64,000 nucleotides of DNA. It comes from an uncultured Clostridia bacterium (GTDB lineage: Bacteria; Bacillota; Clostridia; Christensenellales; Borkfalkiaceae). The DNA is taken from the NCBI GenBank assembly GCA_944367955.1, contig CALVWU010000001.1, positions 2,103 through 66,102 on the forward strand, given 5' to 3'. Under the pieces are notes generated by a model that was not told the origin of the DNA, searched no databases, and was given only the letters and a program-made list of their open reading frames with translations. The translations under genes and the position numbers were made by a program. Shown in pieces: positions 54,274-63,770 of the stretch (position 1 is the first letter of the stretch; the number at the start of each line of letters is the position of its first letter).

Positions 54274-54726
54274 TTATCTGACGTATTCCTTTAACCTGTC
54301 TACGAGGATGGGCGTATTTTCGTTGCTGTCCGCAATTATTATTACGGTATCGTCGCCCGCAACCGTTCCTATTATTTCAGAATACTGTAAAGAATCGACA
54401 AATGCGCCCGCAGTGGAGCCGTTGCCGCGCATGGTTTTAATGACTATTATATTGTTGGCGAAATTGATGCTCTGCACACACTCGCGGAAGAGATTGCGCA
54501 TCTTATTGGTAACAACGTCGCCTTCGCTCTCTATGTAGGCATATTTATACTTTTTAGTCGTTCCCGCGACTTTATAGAGTTTAAGATCTTTGATGTCGCG
54601 CGAGATGGTAGCCTGCGTAACGTTGAAATTCAATTTGTTCAACTCTGCGCAGAGCTCTTCCTGGGTTTCGATGTCCTTTTTGGATATAATATCCAGAATG
54701 GTTGCCTGTCTTGCGTTTCTATGCAT
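54274..54726 (-). CDS. argR: Arginine repressor
   Basis: Winged-helix N-terminus (QEELCAELNK..VTQATISRDIKDL) and a C-terminal GTVAGDDT motif. Confidence 0.9.
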   Translation of the reverse strand: MHRNARQATILDIISKKDIETQEELCAELNKLNFNVTQATISRDIKDLKLYKVAGTTKKYKYAYIESEGDVVTNKMRNLFRECVQSINFANNIIVIKTMRGNGSTAGAFVDSLQYSEIIGTVAGDDTVIIIADSNENTPILVDRLKEYVR

Positions 54727-54727
54727 A

Positions 54728-55540
54728 TCATTTACTCCAAATATTGAGTTTTATTAACAATTTATTAAAAAAATCGGTATCATAGCGCGTTATAAAAGAT
54801 ACTTTTTTGTCGGCCTTTTTAACCTCTATGTGCCCGATATCACAATCGCATCCCACGGCTACGCCGTCAACGACGACCGTAACAGCCCCCCGGCTGTCAG
54901 TGCGCACTATCGAAAGCACGGATCTGTCGCTGTATACGACGGGACGCGAGTGCAGCGAATGAGCGCACACGGGGGTCATTATGAACGCGCCTATATCGGG
55001 CGTGAGCACCGAGCCGCCCGCCGCCAGCGAATACGCCGTGGATCCGGTGGGGGTGCTTACTATCAGTCCGTCGGCAGTATAGTTGTCCACCACCGAACCG
55101 TCTATTGCCGCCCGCAGGCTTATCGTGTTGGAAAACATGTTGCCCGAAGTACACCTTTGAATAACAAGATCGTTTAAAGCGTAATAAGTTTTCCCTTTAA
55201 AACTTATCTGCAGCATGCTGCATTGGCGCACGTCGTAACGTTCCGAACACACAAGTTCCACCGCGTCTTCCATTCTTTCAGGCTCGAATTCGGCCAAAAA
55301 CCCCGTATGTCCGTAATTTACGCCTATGATCTTGATTCCGCGGAGCGCGCAAGCCGCCGCCATCTTTAAGATGGTTCCGTCGCCGCCGAACACCATAAGC
55401 ACTTCCACGCCTTCAAGATCGGCAACGTCGTTCACCACTTTGCATGCGGTATTGCGCACAGTGAACAGCGAAATTATGTCGTCAACGCTGCCCCACTGCG
55501 CCGCGTTAGACTTTCTGAAATAGATGCCGACGCTCTTCAT
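54728..55540 (-). CDS. nadK: NAD(+) kinase
   Basis: GGDGT motif, NYGHTGFL, and TPTGSTAYSLAAGG. Start chosen at Met 55540. Confidence 0.88.
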   Translation of the reverse strand: MKSVGIYFRKSNAAQWGSVDDIISLFTVRNTACKVVNDVADLEGVEVLMVFGGDGTILKMAAACALRGIKIIGVNYGHTGFLAEFEPERMEDAVELVCSERYDVRQCSMLQISFKGKTYYALNDLVIQRCTSGNMFSNTISLRAAIDGSVVDNYTADGLIVSTPTGSTAYSLAAGGSVLTPDIGAFIMTPVCAHSLHSRPVVYSDRSVLSIVRTDSRGAVTVVVDGVAVGCDCDIGHIEVKKADKKVSFITRYDTDFFNKLLIKLNIWSK

Positions 55541-55648
55541 ATGAATAATTATACCACTATATATGCAAATATGCAAGAAAAGTACGCCAAATATTAATAA
55601 TTTAACGTACTTTTTTTATAATTTTTTTATATACATTTATAAATTCGA

Positions 55649-56407
55649 TTACAATTTCACCTTTTTTATCAGCTCGGCGAACGCGGCGGGAACGGCCTGT
55701 TCCTTTTTTAAAAGAATAAGATATTCTTTGTTCTTACCATCCCTTATGGGCGCGTTTGTGAGATCCGCCGGAACAAGACCGCAGGTCAGAGCAAAATCGT
55801 ATATCTTTTTAATTACTTTGCGGTGCACTGCCGGATCTTTTACGACGCCGCGTTTCCCGACTCGACCTCCCTCGCATTCGAACTGCGGTTTAATGAGCAT
55901 GACCGCAAACGCGCCGTCGGTCAAAACGGACGAAACTTTATCGAGGATGTACGTCAGCGATATAAAACTTACGTCGGCCACAACGCCGTTCAAACGCTCC
56001 GAAAACATTTCGGCCGCAAGGTCGCGGGCATTGAAATTATCATAAACGACTATATTTTTGTTAAGCAGACTGCGGTCAAGCTGATTTTCTCCCACATCGA
56101 TGCAATAAACTTTACCCGCACCGTTTTTAAAAAGACAGTCGGTAAAACCGCCGTTACTTGCGCCTATATCGGCAAAAACTCCTCCTTTGACAGACAGCGA
56201 GAAATCTTTTAACGCCTTATCGAGTTTGTATCCGCCGTTAGAGACGAATACCGCGCCGCGCTCTAAAAACGAGACGGCATCACCCTCTTTTACATCGTAA
56301 GACGGCGAAACCGCCCTGCCGTTTACGAGCACAAACCCTTCTTTCACCGCTTCGGCGGCCTTTGTGCGCGACCCGAATCTTTCCGAAACGTATTTATCTA
56401 TGCGCAT
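55649..56407 (-). CDS. tlyA: TlyA-family rRNA 2'-O-methyltransferase
   Basis: S4 domain (MRIDKYVSERF..SR) and FtsJ-like DIGASNGGFTD. Start chosen at Met 56407, overlapping the dxs stop. Confidence 0.87.
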   Translation of the reverse strand: MRIDKYVSERFGSRTKAAEAVKEGFVLVNGRAVSPSYDVKEGDAVSFLERGAVFVSNGGYKLDKALKDFSLSVKGGVFADIGASNGGFTDCLFKNGAGKVYCIDVGENQLDRSLLNKNIVVYDNFNARDLAAEMFSERLNGVVADVSFISLTYILDKVSSVLTDGAFAVMLIKPQFECEGGRVGKRGVVKDPAVHRKVIKKIYDFALTCGLVPADLTNAPIRDGKNKEYLILLKKEQAVPAAFAELIKKVKL

Positions 56408-58115
56408 TTTCAATAATATAATCGCTGATGTTTTTAACGGTAATCCCGTATTTGGCAATGAGAGTGTTCACGCCGCCGTGGGGAATAAATTCATCCGGAT
56501 AGGCAAAATTCTTTATCTTTTTACCACTGCCCGCATAAAAACAATCGACGAGCGAACCGAAACCTCCTATCAGGGAATTGTCCTCCATTGTTATAACGTG
56601 CTTATGCGGAAGAGCCGAGAGCATGACTTCATCGAGAGGCTTTACGAAGCGCGCGTTTATAACGCAGCACTCCACTCCGTCGTCGGCGGCAATTCGAGCC
56701 GCGGAAAGAGCTATGCTTATCATGCGCTCGCCGCAGGCGATCAAAACGCAGTCGCCGCCGTCGCGCATTACTTCCCACTTACCGAATTCAAAACTTCCGC
56801 CGTCGAATCTTCGGAAACCGTCCTTTGGATACCTGATTGCGAGAGGCGCGTTGAAGTCGGGCGAGGCAAGCAGCATGCGCTTGAACTCCACAACATCCTT
56901 GGGAACGGCTATCGTAAGGTGGGGGATCATGCTCAGATAAGAGAGATCGAACGCGCCTTGATGGGTTTCGCCGTCCGAACCGGAGATCCCCGCCCTGTCG
57001 ATACATAAAGTTACGGGAGCGTTCTGACTGCAGATGTCCACCATCACTTCGTCGAAAGCGCGCTGCAAAAAGGTTGAATACACCGCAAAATACGGGCGAA
57101 GTCCCTGTACCGCAAGCGCGGCGCACACCACCGCGGCATGCGATTCGCAGATCCCGACATCGATGGAACGCGCGGGATATTTTTCGAAAAAATCCGAAAG
57201 TCCCAAACTGGGCGTCATTGCCGCCGTTACCGCAACTATCCTTTCATCTTGGGCTGCTATGTCAGACAAAGTACTTCCCAAAACTGTCGAATATTCGGTA
57301 GCGGTCGCACTGCCGGCAGAGATCCCGTGCGTTTCCTGCGGGTTTTCCTCGCTGAACAGGTAGCCCTTGCCCTTTTTTGTTAAAACGTGCAAAATGACGG
57401 AACGTGTACGCAGTTTTTGTTTTACTTCGCTAAGTTTTTGTATCATGCACCCAAGATCGTTTCCATCGTACACACCGTCGTAAGTGAGGCCGAACCGTTC
57501 AAAAATCGTCTCGTGCCGCCTCTTTTTGTCGCGCTGCTCGCTTTCCGCGCTCAGCTTTTCAAGATATTCGTGCATCGACCCGATCGTGGGGCTGATTGAC
57601 ATCTGGTTGTCGTTCAATATTATCAAAACGGGCGAATTGAATTCGCTTACACTGTTAAAGGCCTCGTAGACAAGGCCGTTGCTGAACGAACCGTCGCCTA
57701 TGACGGCAATAACGTTGTAGTCCTCACCCTTAATATCCCGCGCCTTGGCAAATCCGAGCGCAGCCGAAATTGAAGTGCCGGAGTGCCCGGTGTTGTAACA
57801 GTCGTAAACACTCTCCTCCCGCTTAGGGAAGCCGGAAATGCCGCCGTATTTGCGAAGGGTATCGAATTTGCCCGCACGCCCCGTGAGCAGTTTGTGCGTG
57901 TAGCACTGATGTCCCACATCGTAAATAACTTTGTCCTTGGGAAAATCGAACACATAATGAAGCGCGACGGTTAATTCGACCATTCCGAGATTGGACGAAA
58001 GATGACCGCCGTTCTTCATAACGGTATCAACGATCTTGTTTCTCAATTCGTCGCAAAGAGCGTTGAGTTCGTCTATCGACATGCTTTTAAGTTGCGGAAT
58101 ATTTTCGTCAAGCAT
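56394..58115 (-). CDS. dxs: 1-deoxy-D-xylulose-5-phosphate synthase
   Basis: GGHLSSNLG, DVGHQCYTHKLLTGR, and the TPP motif GDGSFSNG..NDN. Confidence 0.92.
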   Translation of the reverse strand: MLDENIPQLKSMSIDELNALCDELRNKIVDTVMKNGGHLSSNLGMVELTVALHYVFDFPKDKVIYDVGHQCYTHKLLTGRAGKFDTLRKYGGISGFPKREESVYDCYNTGHSGTSISAALGFAKARDIKGEDYNVIAVIGDGSFSNGLVYEAFNSVSEFNSPVLIILNDNQMSISPTIGSMHEYLEKLSAESEQRDKKRRHETIFERFGLTYDGVYDGNDLGCMIQKLSEVKQKLRTRSVILHVLTKKGKGYLFSEENPQETHGISAGSATATEYSTVLGSTLSDIAAQDERIVAVTAAMTPSLGLSDFFEKYPARSIDVGICESHAAVVCAALAVQGLRPYFAVYSTFLQRAFDEVMVDICSQNAPVTLCIDRAGISGSDGETHQGAFDLSYLSMIPHLTIAVPKDVVEFKRMLLASPDFNAPLAIRYPKDGFRRFDGGSFEFGKWEVMRDGGDCVLIACGERMISIALSAARIAADDGVECCVINARFVKPLDEVMLSALPHKHVITMEDNSLIGGFGSLVDCFYAGSGKKIKNFAYPDEFIPHGGVNTLIAKYGITVKNISDYIIENAHR

Positions 58116-58120
58116 ATAAA

Positions 58121-59017
58121 TCAGCCCAGACGAGTCTTAACGAAGTTGACGAAGGAGTATAAAAACGAAGTGTCGCCCTGAAGCCCGTCGATTATCTTTA
58201 TACAGTCGTCGCCAATAACATCGACCCGTAATTTACAATTTTCAAGCCCGTAAACTTTTACGCCCGTGAGCTTGTCTTCGGCCTCGTCCTTTCCCAGACT
58301 CTTGCCCAATTTATCAAAGTTCCCCTCGACGTCGAGAATATCGTCGGTAAGCTGAAACAGGTATCCCAACTTTTTGCCAAGCGTTTTAAGTTCCGAAAAA
58401 TATTTTCCGCCGTTCAATATCGAAGGCACGACGGTTGCGGCCGTTATCAGCTTCGCCGTCTTTTTTTCGTATATAAATTCAAGCGTATCCTCGTCGGCGG
58501 TCTTGTCTCTTTCATGGGCAAGGTCGGCAGATTGCCCGGCAATCATGCCGTATATGCCAGCGCAGTCGCAAATATATTTTGCGGCGGAAACATATTCGTT
58601 GCCCTTCAAACATTCGTCAAACAGCACAGAATAAGCCGTATTCAACAATCCATCGCCGGCCAATATTGCATTCCCCGCCCCGAAAACCTTGTGATTAGAA
58701 GGTTTTCCGCGGCGATAATCATCGTTATCCATATCGGGCAAATCGTCGTGGATAAGCGAATACGTGTGGATAAGTTCGAGAGCGAGCGCGAAATTTTTAA
58801 CTTTTTCGGCACCCGTGCCTATTATATCGGCAACCGCCGCCATCAAAACGGGCCTCACTCTTTTTCCGCCCAGCTTTAAACTGTATACAAGGCTGTCGTT
58901 GAGTATCTGCGGGCGGCACTTCAACCCGTCGCAGAATTTATTCAACCCGTTATTGAAAGCGTTCAGATACCTTGCATACGCCACTTCAAATTCGGTCACT
59001 TTTGCATCCTCCTGCAT
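58121..59017 (-). CDS. ispA: Polyprenyl (farnesyl/geranylgeranyl) diphosphate synthase
   Basis: FARM LIHDDLPDMDNDDYRRG and SARM QLTDDILD. Start chosen at Met 59017. Confidence 0.85.
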   Translation of the reverse strand: MQEDAKVTEFEVAYARYLNAFNNGLNKFCDGLKCRPQILNDSLVYSLKLGGKRVRPVLMAAVADIIGTGAEKVKNFALALELIHTYSLIHDDLPDMDNDDYRRGKPSNHKVFGAGNAILAGDGLLNTAYSVLFDECLKGNEYVSAAKYICDCAGIYGMIAGQSADLAHERDKTADEDTLEFIYEKKTAKLITAATVVPSILNGGKYFSELKTLGKKLGYLFQLTDDILDVEGNFDKLGKSLGKDEAEDKLTGVKVYGLENCKLRVDVIGDDCIKIIDGLQGDTSFLYSFVNFVKTRLG

Positions 59018-59850
59018 GCGGCCTGAACGGTGTTGCTCAACAACATCGTTATAGTCATGGGGCCTACGCCGCCGGGGACGGGCGTGATATAAGAACACTT
59101 GTCCTTTACGCCTTCAAAATCCACATCGCCGCACAGTTTACCGTTTTTATCGCGGTTCATGCCAACATCTACTACCACCGCACCCCATTTTACCATATCG
59201 GCGGTGATATATTTCGCCCTGCCTATCGCCGCAACCAAAATATCGGCTTCCGAGCAAATATCCTTTAAATCGCGAGTCTTGCTGTGACACACCGTAACGG
59301 TGGCGTCGGCGTTTAAAAGCAACATCGCCATAGGCTTGCCCACAATATTCGACCTGCCCACAACGACGGCCCTTTTACCTTTTAACTCTATACCTTCTCT
59401 TTCAAGCATGCGCATCACGCCGTTCGGCGTACATGCCACAAGACACGGCTCGTTCATGCACAGGCTGCCCATATTGCTTTCGCAAAAACCGTCCACATCC
59501 TTTTCGACCGGAATAAGCGAGAGAACCGCCGTGGCATCGATATGCGCGGGAACGGGGAGCTGAACGAGTATGCCGTCGACCTCGCCGCTTGAAGCAAGCT
59601 GCTTTACAAGCTCTTCCACCTGCGACTGCTCTGCATCCGCAGGCAGATAATAGGCAAACGACTTTATTCCTGTTTCTTCACAGCCCTTTATTTTGTTGCG
59701 CACATACACCTGCGAGGCCGGATCTTCGCCCACGAGCACTACGGCCAACCCTACGTTTCGTCCGAACTTTTCTTTAAAATCAAGAGCGGCACTCTTGATT
59801 TCTTCGCGCATGGCCGAGGAATGCGCCCTGCCGTCAATCAGCTTGTACAT
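58996..59850 (-). CDS. folD: Bifunctional methylene-THF dehydrogenase / methenyl-THF cyclohydrolase
   Basis: VGEDPASQVYVRNK, GRSNIVGKP and PVPGGVGPMT. Start chosen at Met 59850. Confidence 0.9.
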   Translation of the reverse strand: MYKLIDGRAHSSAMREEIKSAALDFKEKFGRNVGLAVVLVGEDPASQVYVRNKIKGCEETGIKSFAYYLPADAEQSQVEELVKQLASSGEVDGILVQLPVPAHIDATAVLSLIPVEKDVDGFCESNMGSLCMNEPCLVACTPNGVMRMLEREGIELKGKRAVVVGRSNIVGKPMAMLLLNADATVTVCHSKTRDLKDICSEADILVAAIGRAKYITADMVKWGAVVVDVGMNRDKNGKLCGDVDFEGVKDKCSYITPVPGGVGPMTITMLLSNTVQAACRRMQK

Positions 59851-60244
59851 CTTTATCGCTCCCAACAGAAGAAAGTATGCCTGTAATAAACGACGCGCTC
59901 TTTTCGGATGAATACTTCGAGGCGATGTTCGCCGCTTCATTCAACGAAACCTTGCGCGGAATGTCGTCCATATACAAAATTTCGGTCAAAGCCACAAGAA
60001 GAATGCTTTTATCTGCGGGGAATATGCGCTTTTCGGGAAACGAACGCGAACGTTCGTTGATAAGCGATACAAATTCGCCCATGTGCTCGGAAAGCAGCGA
60101 CAGCACCCTGTCGCAATATTTTATATCGTCGGCGTCCAGTTTGGCCTGTTTATACATCCCGTTTTTAAATGCGGGTTCGACGTCCTCGCCGAACTGCGTT
60201 GTAAAAATTATTTTAAAGAGTGTTTCTCTTGCAATAGTCCTCAT
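59834..60244 (-). CDS. nusB: Transcription antitermination factor NusB
   Basis: NusB pattern (REETLFKIIF.., INEAANIASKYS, FITGIL). Confidence 0.87.
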   Translation of the reverse strand: MRTIARETLFKIIFTTQFGEDVEPAFKNGMYKQAKLDADDIKYCDRVLSLLSEHMGEFVSLINERSRSFPEKRIFPADKSILLVALTEILYMDDIPRKVSLNEAANIASKYSSEKSASFITGILSSVGSDKDVQAD

Positions 60245-60317
60245 AACCGCTCCGTAAAAATGCGCGCAAAGAAAATATTCCCTTAAATAAATTTTAAGGG
60301 AATACGTTTAAATTATT

Positions 60318-60647
60318 TTAAATAATCGCGTTTTCAGGAAAATTTACATCCTGAATGTGAACGTCCACCTTATCAACCTTATATTTTGTCATGCTCTCGA
60401 CATTGTGTTTGATGGACTGCTGTATGCGGAATGCCAGCGAAGGCACGTTATAGCCGTAGTCGACCTTTACGCTTATATCGGCAACTATGCCCTGCTTTTC
60501 AAAGAGCAGTTTAATGCCCTTGTTTTTAGTGTTTAAAAGGCTTACGCCGTCCACTTCGGAAACGGCCAACGATACTATGCCGCTGACTATTCCCGCATTG
60601 TATGAAATCTTACCTTTTTGGCCGTTATCCGGTCTGATGTGTGCCAT
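60318..60647 (-). CDS. Asp23/Gls24-family envelope stress protein
   Basis: Typical motifs (IVSGIVSLAVSEVDGV, VDVHIQDV). Position before nusB as for B. subtilis yqhY. Confidence 0.83.
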   Translation of the reverse strand: MAHIRPDNGQKGKISYNAGIVSGIVSLAVSEVDGVSLLNTKNKGIKLLFEKQGIVADISVKVDYGYNVPSLAFRIQQSIKHNVESMTKYKVDKVDVHIQDVNFPENAII

Positions 60648-60726
60648 AAAAAATCTCCTAAAAGTTAAAGTGGATTTAACTTTATAACTATTATAGCACA
60701 GCTGTTTTTATTTTGCAACCCTTTAT

Positions 60727-61212
60727 TTAAATTTGTGTATAAACGGGCATTATAATTATATCCGTGGGAGCGACCCCGGCTTCGTTGCGCAGAAGATTGT
60801 ATATCGACAGCGCGGTGTCGGTTGAAAGCTCGTCGGAATTTATGAAAACGTTCACGTTCTCCGAATCCATGCCGATTGAGACGACGGCGTCGGAAAAGCC
60901 GAGCGATTTTATCATGGTTTCGAGCACAAGTTCATCCTCCATGATGTTGATTATTTCAAGCTTTAAATCGACGGCCTGCTCATACCTTTCGCTTCCCTCT
61001 TCGTACAGTTCTATAACGCTGTCGAGCTGCAAAAGCTCTTCACTGCGCGTCGTGGTTCTTTCGGAACGGTATGTAGTAAAATAGTTTGCCGTTGTAACGG
61101 CGTCGGCGTTTGCGGGCGCATCGTTTGTTACAAGCAATACATTGAGTATTGCCGTGACCGCCAGCAGCAACACAAGCGACGACATAATGATGATTTTGGT
61201 CTTTTTGGTCAT
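60727..61212 (-). CDS. spoIIIAH: Stage III sporulation protein AH
   Basis: N-terminal TM anchor and a YscJ/FliF-like C-domain. Last gene of the spoIIIA operon. Confidence 0.65.
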   Translation of the reverse strand: MTKKTKIIIMSSLVLLLAVTAILNVLLVTNDAPANADAVTTANYFTTYRSERTTTRSEELLQLDSVIELYEEGSERYEQAVDLKLEIINIMEDELVLETMIKSLGFSDAVVSIGMDSENVNVFINSDELSTDTALSIYNLLRNEAGVAPTDIIIMPVYTQI

Positions 61213-61224
61213 AAAGCCTCTCCT

Positions 61225-61578
61225 TTATTTATCCATAGCATAGACAGCTATGATATTTTTTTGAATATTCAGCGCGGTTGCCACCGCGTTTATGATATTG
61301 TTGCGCGTCATAATATTATTCGCGCCGCTGCACACTATAACAACTCCCTCTATGCCGTCATCGCCTTCGGTGACGAGCACGCTGCTCTCGCCCACGCCGT
61401 CTATATCCGAAAGTATGCTCTCCAGCTTGATTTCGGTAGAACTCTTGGCACCACCCTCGCCTTCATCCCCGTCGCCGCCGTCGTAAAACACGGCAACAAT
61501 CACTATAAGAGCGATGACGAGCAATATTATTACGGCAAGGCTTTTATTGGCCTTGATGAATTCGATCGCCTTCTTCAT
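61225..61578 (-). CDS. spoIIIAG: Stage III sporulation protein AG
   Basis: TM anchor, acidic linker, and a conserved C-terminal ILSDIDGVG..VIV..GA..A.AL domain. Confidence 0.72.
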   Translation of the reverse strand: MKKAIEFIKANKSLAVIILLVIALIVIVAVFYDGGDGDEGEGGAKSSTEIKLESILSDIDGVGESSVLVTEGDDGIEGVVIVCSGANNIMTRNNIINAVATALNIQKNIIAVYAMDK

Positions 61579-61996
61579 ATACGTTTATATTTATATAGCC
61601 CAGCTCTTTCAAATATTCCCTCAGCGCGGATATTTCTTCATATTCGACATTATCGGTGCAAATATTCACGTCGGTCTGCTTAAATGTGCCGTCTTCATAA
61701 ATTATCACGACTTCACAGCCGCACTCTATTCCAAGCTCGTCTTTTACAAGTTTTTCAAGTTCCTCGCTCTGGCTTTGAGAAAATACGCTTACGATATAGT
61801 CGTAATCGACATCGGCACCCGCGCCGCTTTCGGCGTCGAAGTTGAATATGCCCGCAAGCGGCGAAACGAGGATGCCTATACACACTAAACGCAGCACAAA
61901 ATTTACACTCTTATTCAGTTTACCGTCGGGCAGTATCATTCCCGCAGCCGCCGTCAGAAACACTGCGCCGGCAGCCGTCAATATGTATGCGCTCAT
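61544..61996 (-). CDS. spoIIIAF: Stage III sporulation protein AF
   Basis: Two N-terminal TM segments. Operon position. ATGA coupling to spoIIIAE. Start chosen at Met 61996. Confidence 0.6.
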   Translation of the reverse strand: MSAYILTAAGAVFLTAAAGMILPDGKLNKSVNFVLRLVCIGILVSPLAGIFNFDAESGAGADVDYDYIVSVFSQSQSEELEKLVKDELGIECGCEVVIIYEDGTFKQTDVNICTDNVEYEEISALREYLKELGYININVYEEGDRIHQGQ

Positions 61997-63183
61997 ATAA
62001 AATTCACCGCCGAACTTATTATAAGCATCACAATAAGAGCGTACAAAAAGGCCACGACGCACACGCCGGCCATTATGTATTCTATGTCGGAAGCCAAGTC
62101 GGAAAAGAGCGAACAGAGAGTATTTTCGCCGAGCGGCTGAACTATTGCCGCCATCAGCTTTAAAATCAGCGAAAAGGCGATGAGCATTATGATAGGCGGC
62201 GCAACTTCGGCGACCAGCAGAATTATTCCAACTATGCCCACCGAGCTGCGTATGACCGACCCGGCGGCAACTATCATATCGACCCCGGATGAAAGGAAAT
62301 TGCCCACAATGGGCACCGAACTGCCCACAAGATATTTTGTAGCCTTAAAAAAGATGCCGTCGAACAGCGATGCGGCCGTGCTCTGCACGGTTATAAATAT
62401 TGAAAACACCGCCAACGTTATGCCCATCGCCCACTTTAAAATGTTTTTAATGAGCACCGCGGTACCCGAAAACGACAATCCGGGCGCAAGCTTTGAAATA
62501 AAATTTATCAAAATTACCGCCGAGGCAGCGGGAATTACTATGCCTCCCACCATCTCGACCGCACCGCCCGAAATAAACAGTGCCGACGGACGATATATCG
62601 CGCCCGCGCCGCTGCCGCCGGTCATTACCGTCAGGGTGATGAGGATGGGCGTTATTATCTCTATCTGCGCACGCACACCGTCGATGCAATCGGCGGCGGT
62701 GGCTATTATTCCCGCAAGCATGGCCGATAAAAGGGTTATTATCAGCACACAGCATACAGTTCGCACAATCTTAACGGTGCTGCTGCTCATCAGCCCGCCC
62801 TCGGTGCTGCCGGCAACGGCCGACAGCATGCACAGTGCGGCTATTTGGGCAAACGCGGGCAAAAGCGAACGCACGTCGCCAAGCAATACCGAAAACAACT
62901 CTCCTATATAGCTGTTAAAATTAATGCCGGTATTGCCGTGCACCAGATAATTTACTATGTCTTTTGCCGTATCGCCGAGCGAAGCAAGCAAACCGTTGCC
63001 GTGGCTTTTAAGATATTCGTCGAGCGCGGACAGATCCAGACCTTCGAGAATGGACGAGATGTTATCGTAAAACTCCTGCCTGCCGTCGTCGGCAGCCGCC
63101 TCGCCGCAAATGCAAAATATAAGTACTGCCGTCACAACAAGCAATCCGGCCGCGGCAATGCGCACCGCAACGCGCGCTTTCAC
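61993..63183 (-). CDS. spoIIIAE: Stage III sporulation protein AE
   Basis: Polytopic membrane protein of about 400 aa with a signal-like N-terminus. Operon position. Confidence 0.82.
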   Translation of the reverse strand: MKARVAVRIAAAGLLVVTAVLIFCICGEAAADDGRQEFYDNISSILEGLDLSALDEYLKSHGNGLLASLGDTAKDIVNYLVHGNTGINFNSYIGELFSVLLGDVRSLLPAFAQIAALCMLSAVAGSTEGGLMSSSTVKIVRTVCCVLIITLLSAMLAGIIATAADCIDGVRAQIEIITPILITLTVMTGGSGAGAIYRPSALFISGGAVEMVGGIVIPAASAVILINFISKLAPGLSFSGTAVLIKNILKWAMGITLAVFSIFITVQSTAASLFDGIFFKATKYLVGSSVPIVGNFLSSGVDMIVAAGSVIRSSVGIVGIILLVAEVAPPIIMLIAFSLILKLMAAIVQPLGENTLCSLFSDLASDIEYIMAGVCVVAFLYALIVMLIISSAVNFI

Positions 63184-63569
63184 ACTGCCCCCGCAAGCGC
63201 GACGATCACTTCAAACATGGCGCGGAGCAACGGCAAAGCCATTGCAAAGATAATAAACTTTCCGCACAATACAAGTTTGTCCGCCAATCCTTCGAACCCC
63301 ATATCCTTTACTGATCCTGCCGTAAGTTCTATTATATAGCCCACGCCGATCACCTTTAAAACGAGGCGCACGGCCGAAGGCTCAACGCCCGTCGTTTGGG
63401 TAAGCGTTTTTAAAAATTCCATTCCGTCGGCAAAATAGTCAAATGCAAATATCAGCAATATTATGCCGCCCGCCGTTATGCACAGCGGTACAAAATCGGG
63501 TTTTTGCGACTTTAATATAAGTGCGCACACCGCTGTTACGGCGGCCACGCAGCACAGCTTGATGACCAT
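63180..63569 (-). CDS. spoIIIAD: Stage III sporulation protein AD
   Basis: Recognisable similarity to B. subtilis SpoIIIAD (..LKVIGVGYIIELTAGSVKD.G..). Confidence 0.8.
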   Translation of the reverse strand: MVIKLCCVAAVTAVCALILKSQKPDFVPLCITAGGIILLIFAFDYFADGMEFLKTLTQTTGVEPSAVRLVLKVIGVGYIIELTAGSVKDMGFEGLADKLVLCGKFIIFAMALPLLRAMFEVIVALAGAV

Positions 63570-63572
63570 AAA

Positions 63573-63770
63573 TCAAAAACTGTCGAACAGTGCCATGATC
63601 TGCTCGAACAGGTCGGCGATCATGGAAATTACCACTGTGAGCACTATTATCAAACCCACAAGACTGACTATCGACGCTATATCGTCGCGGTCGGATTTTT
63701 TAAGAACCTGGCAGATTATCGTTATTATTATGCCTACGACGGCTATTTTAAAAATTATCCCTATATCCAT
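63573..63770 (-). CDS. spoIIIAC: Stage III sporulation protein AC
   Basis: 65-aa two-TM protein resembling SpoIIIAC (IFKIAVVGII.. LF..I). Confidence 0.8.
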   Translation of the reverse strand: MDIGIIFKIAVVGIIITIICQVLKKSDRDDIASIVSLVGLIIVLTVVISMIADLFEQIMALFDSF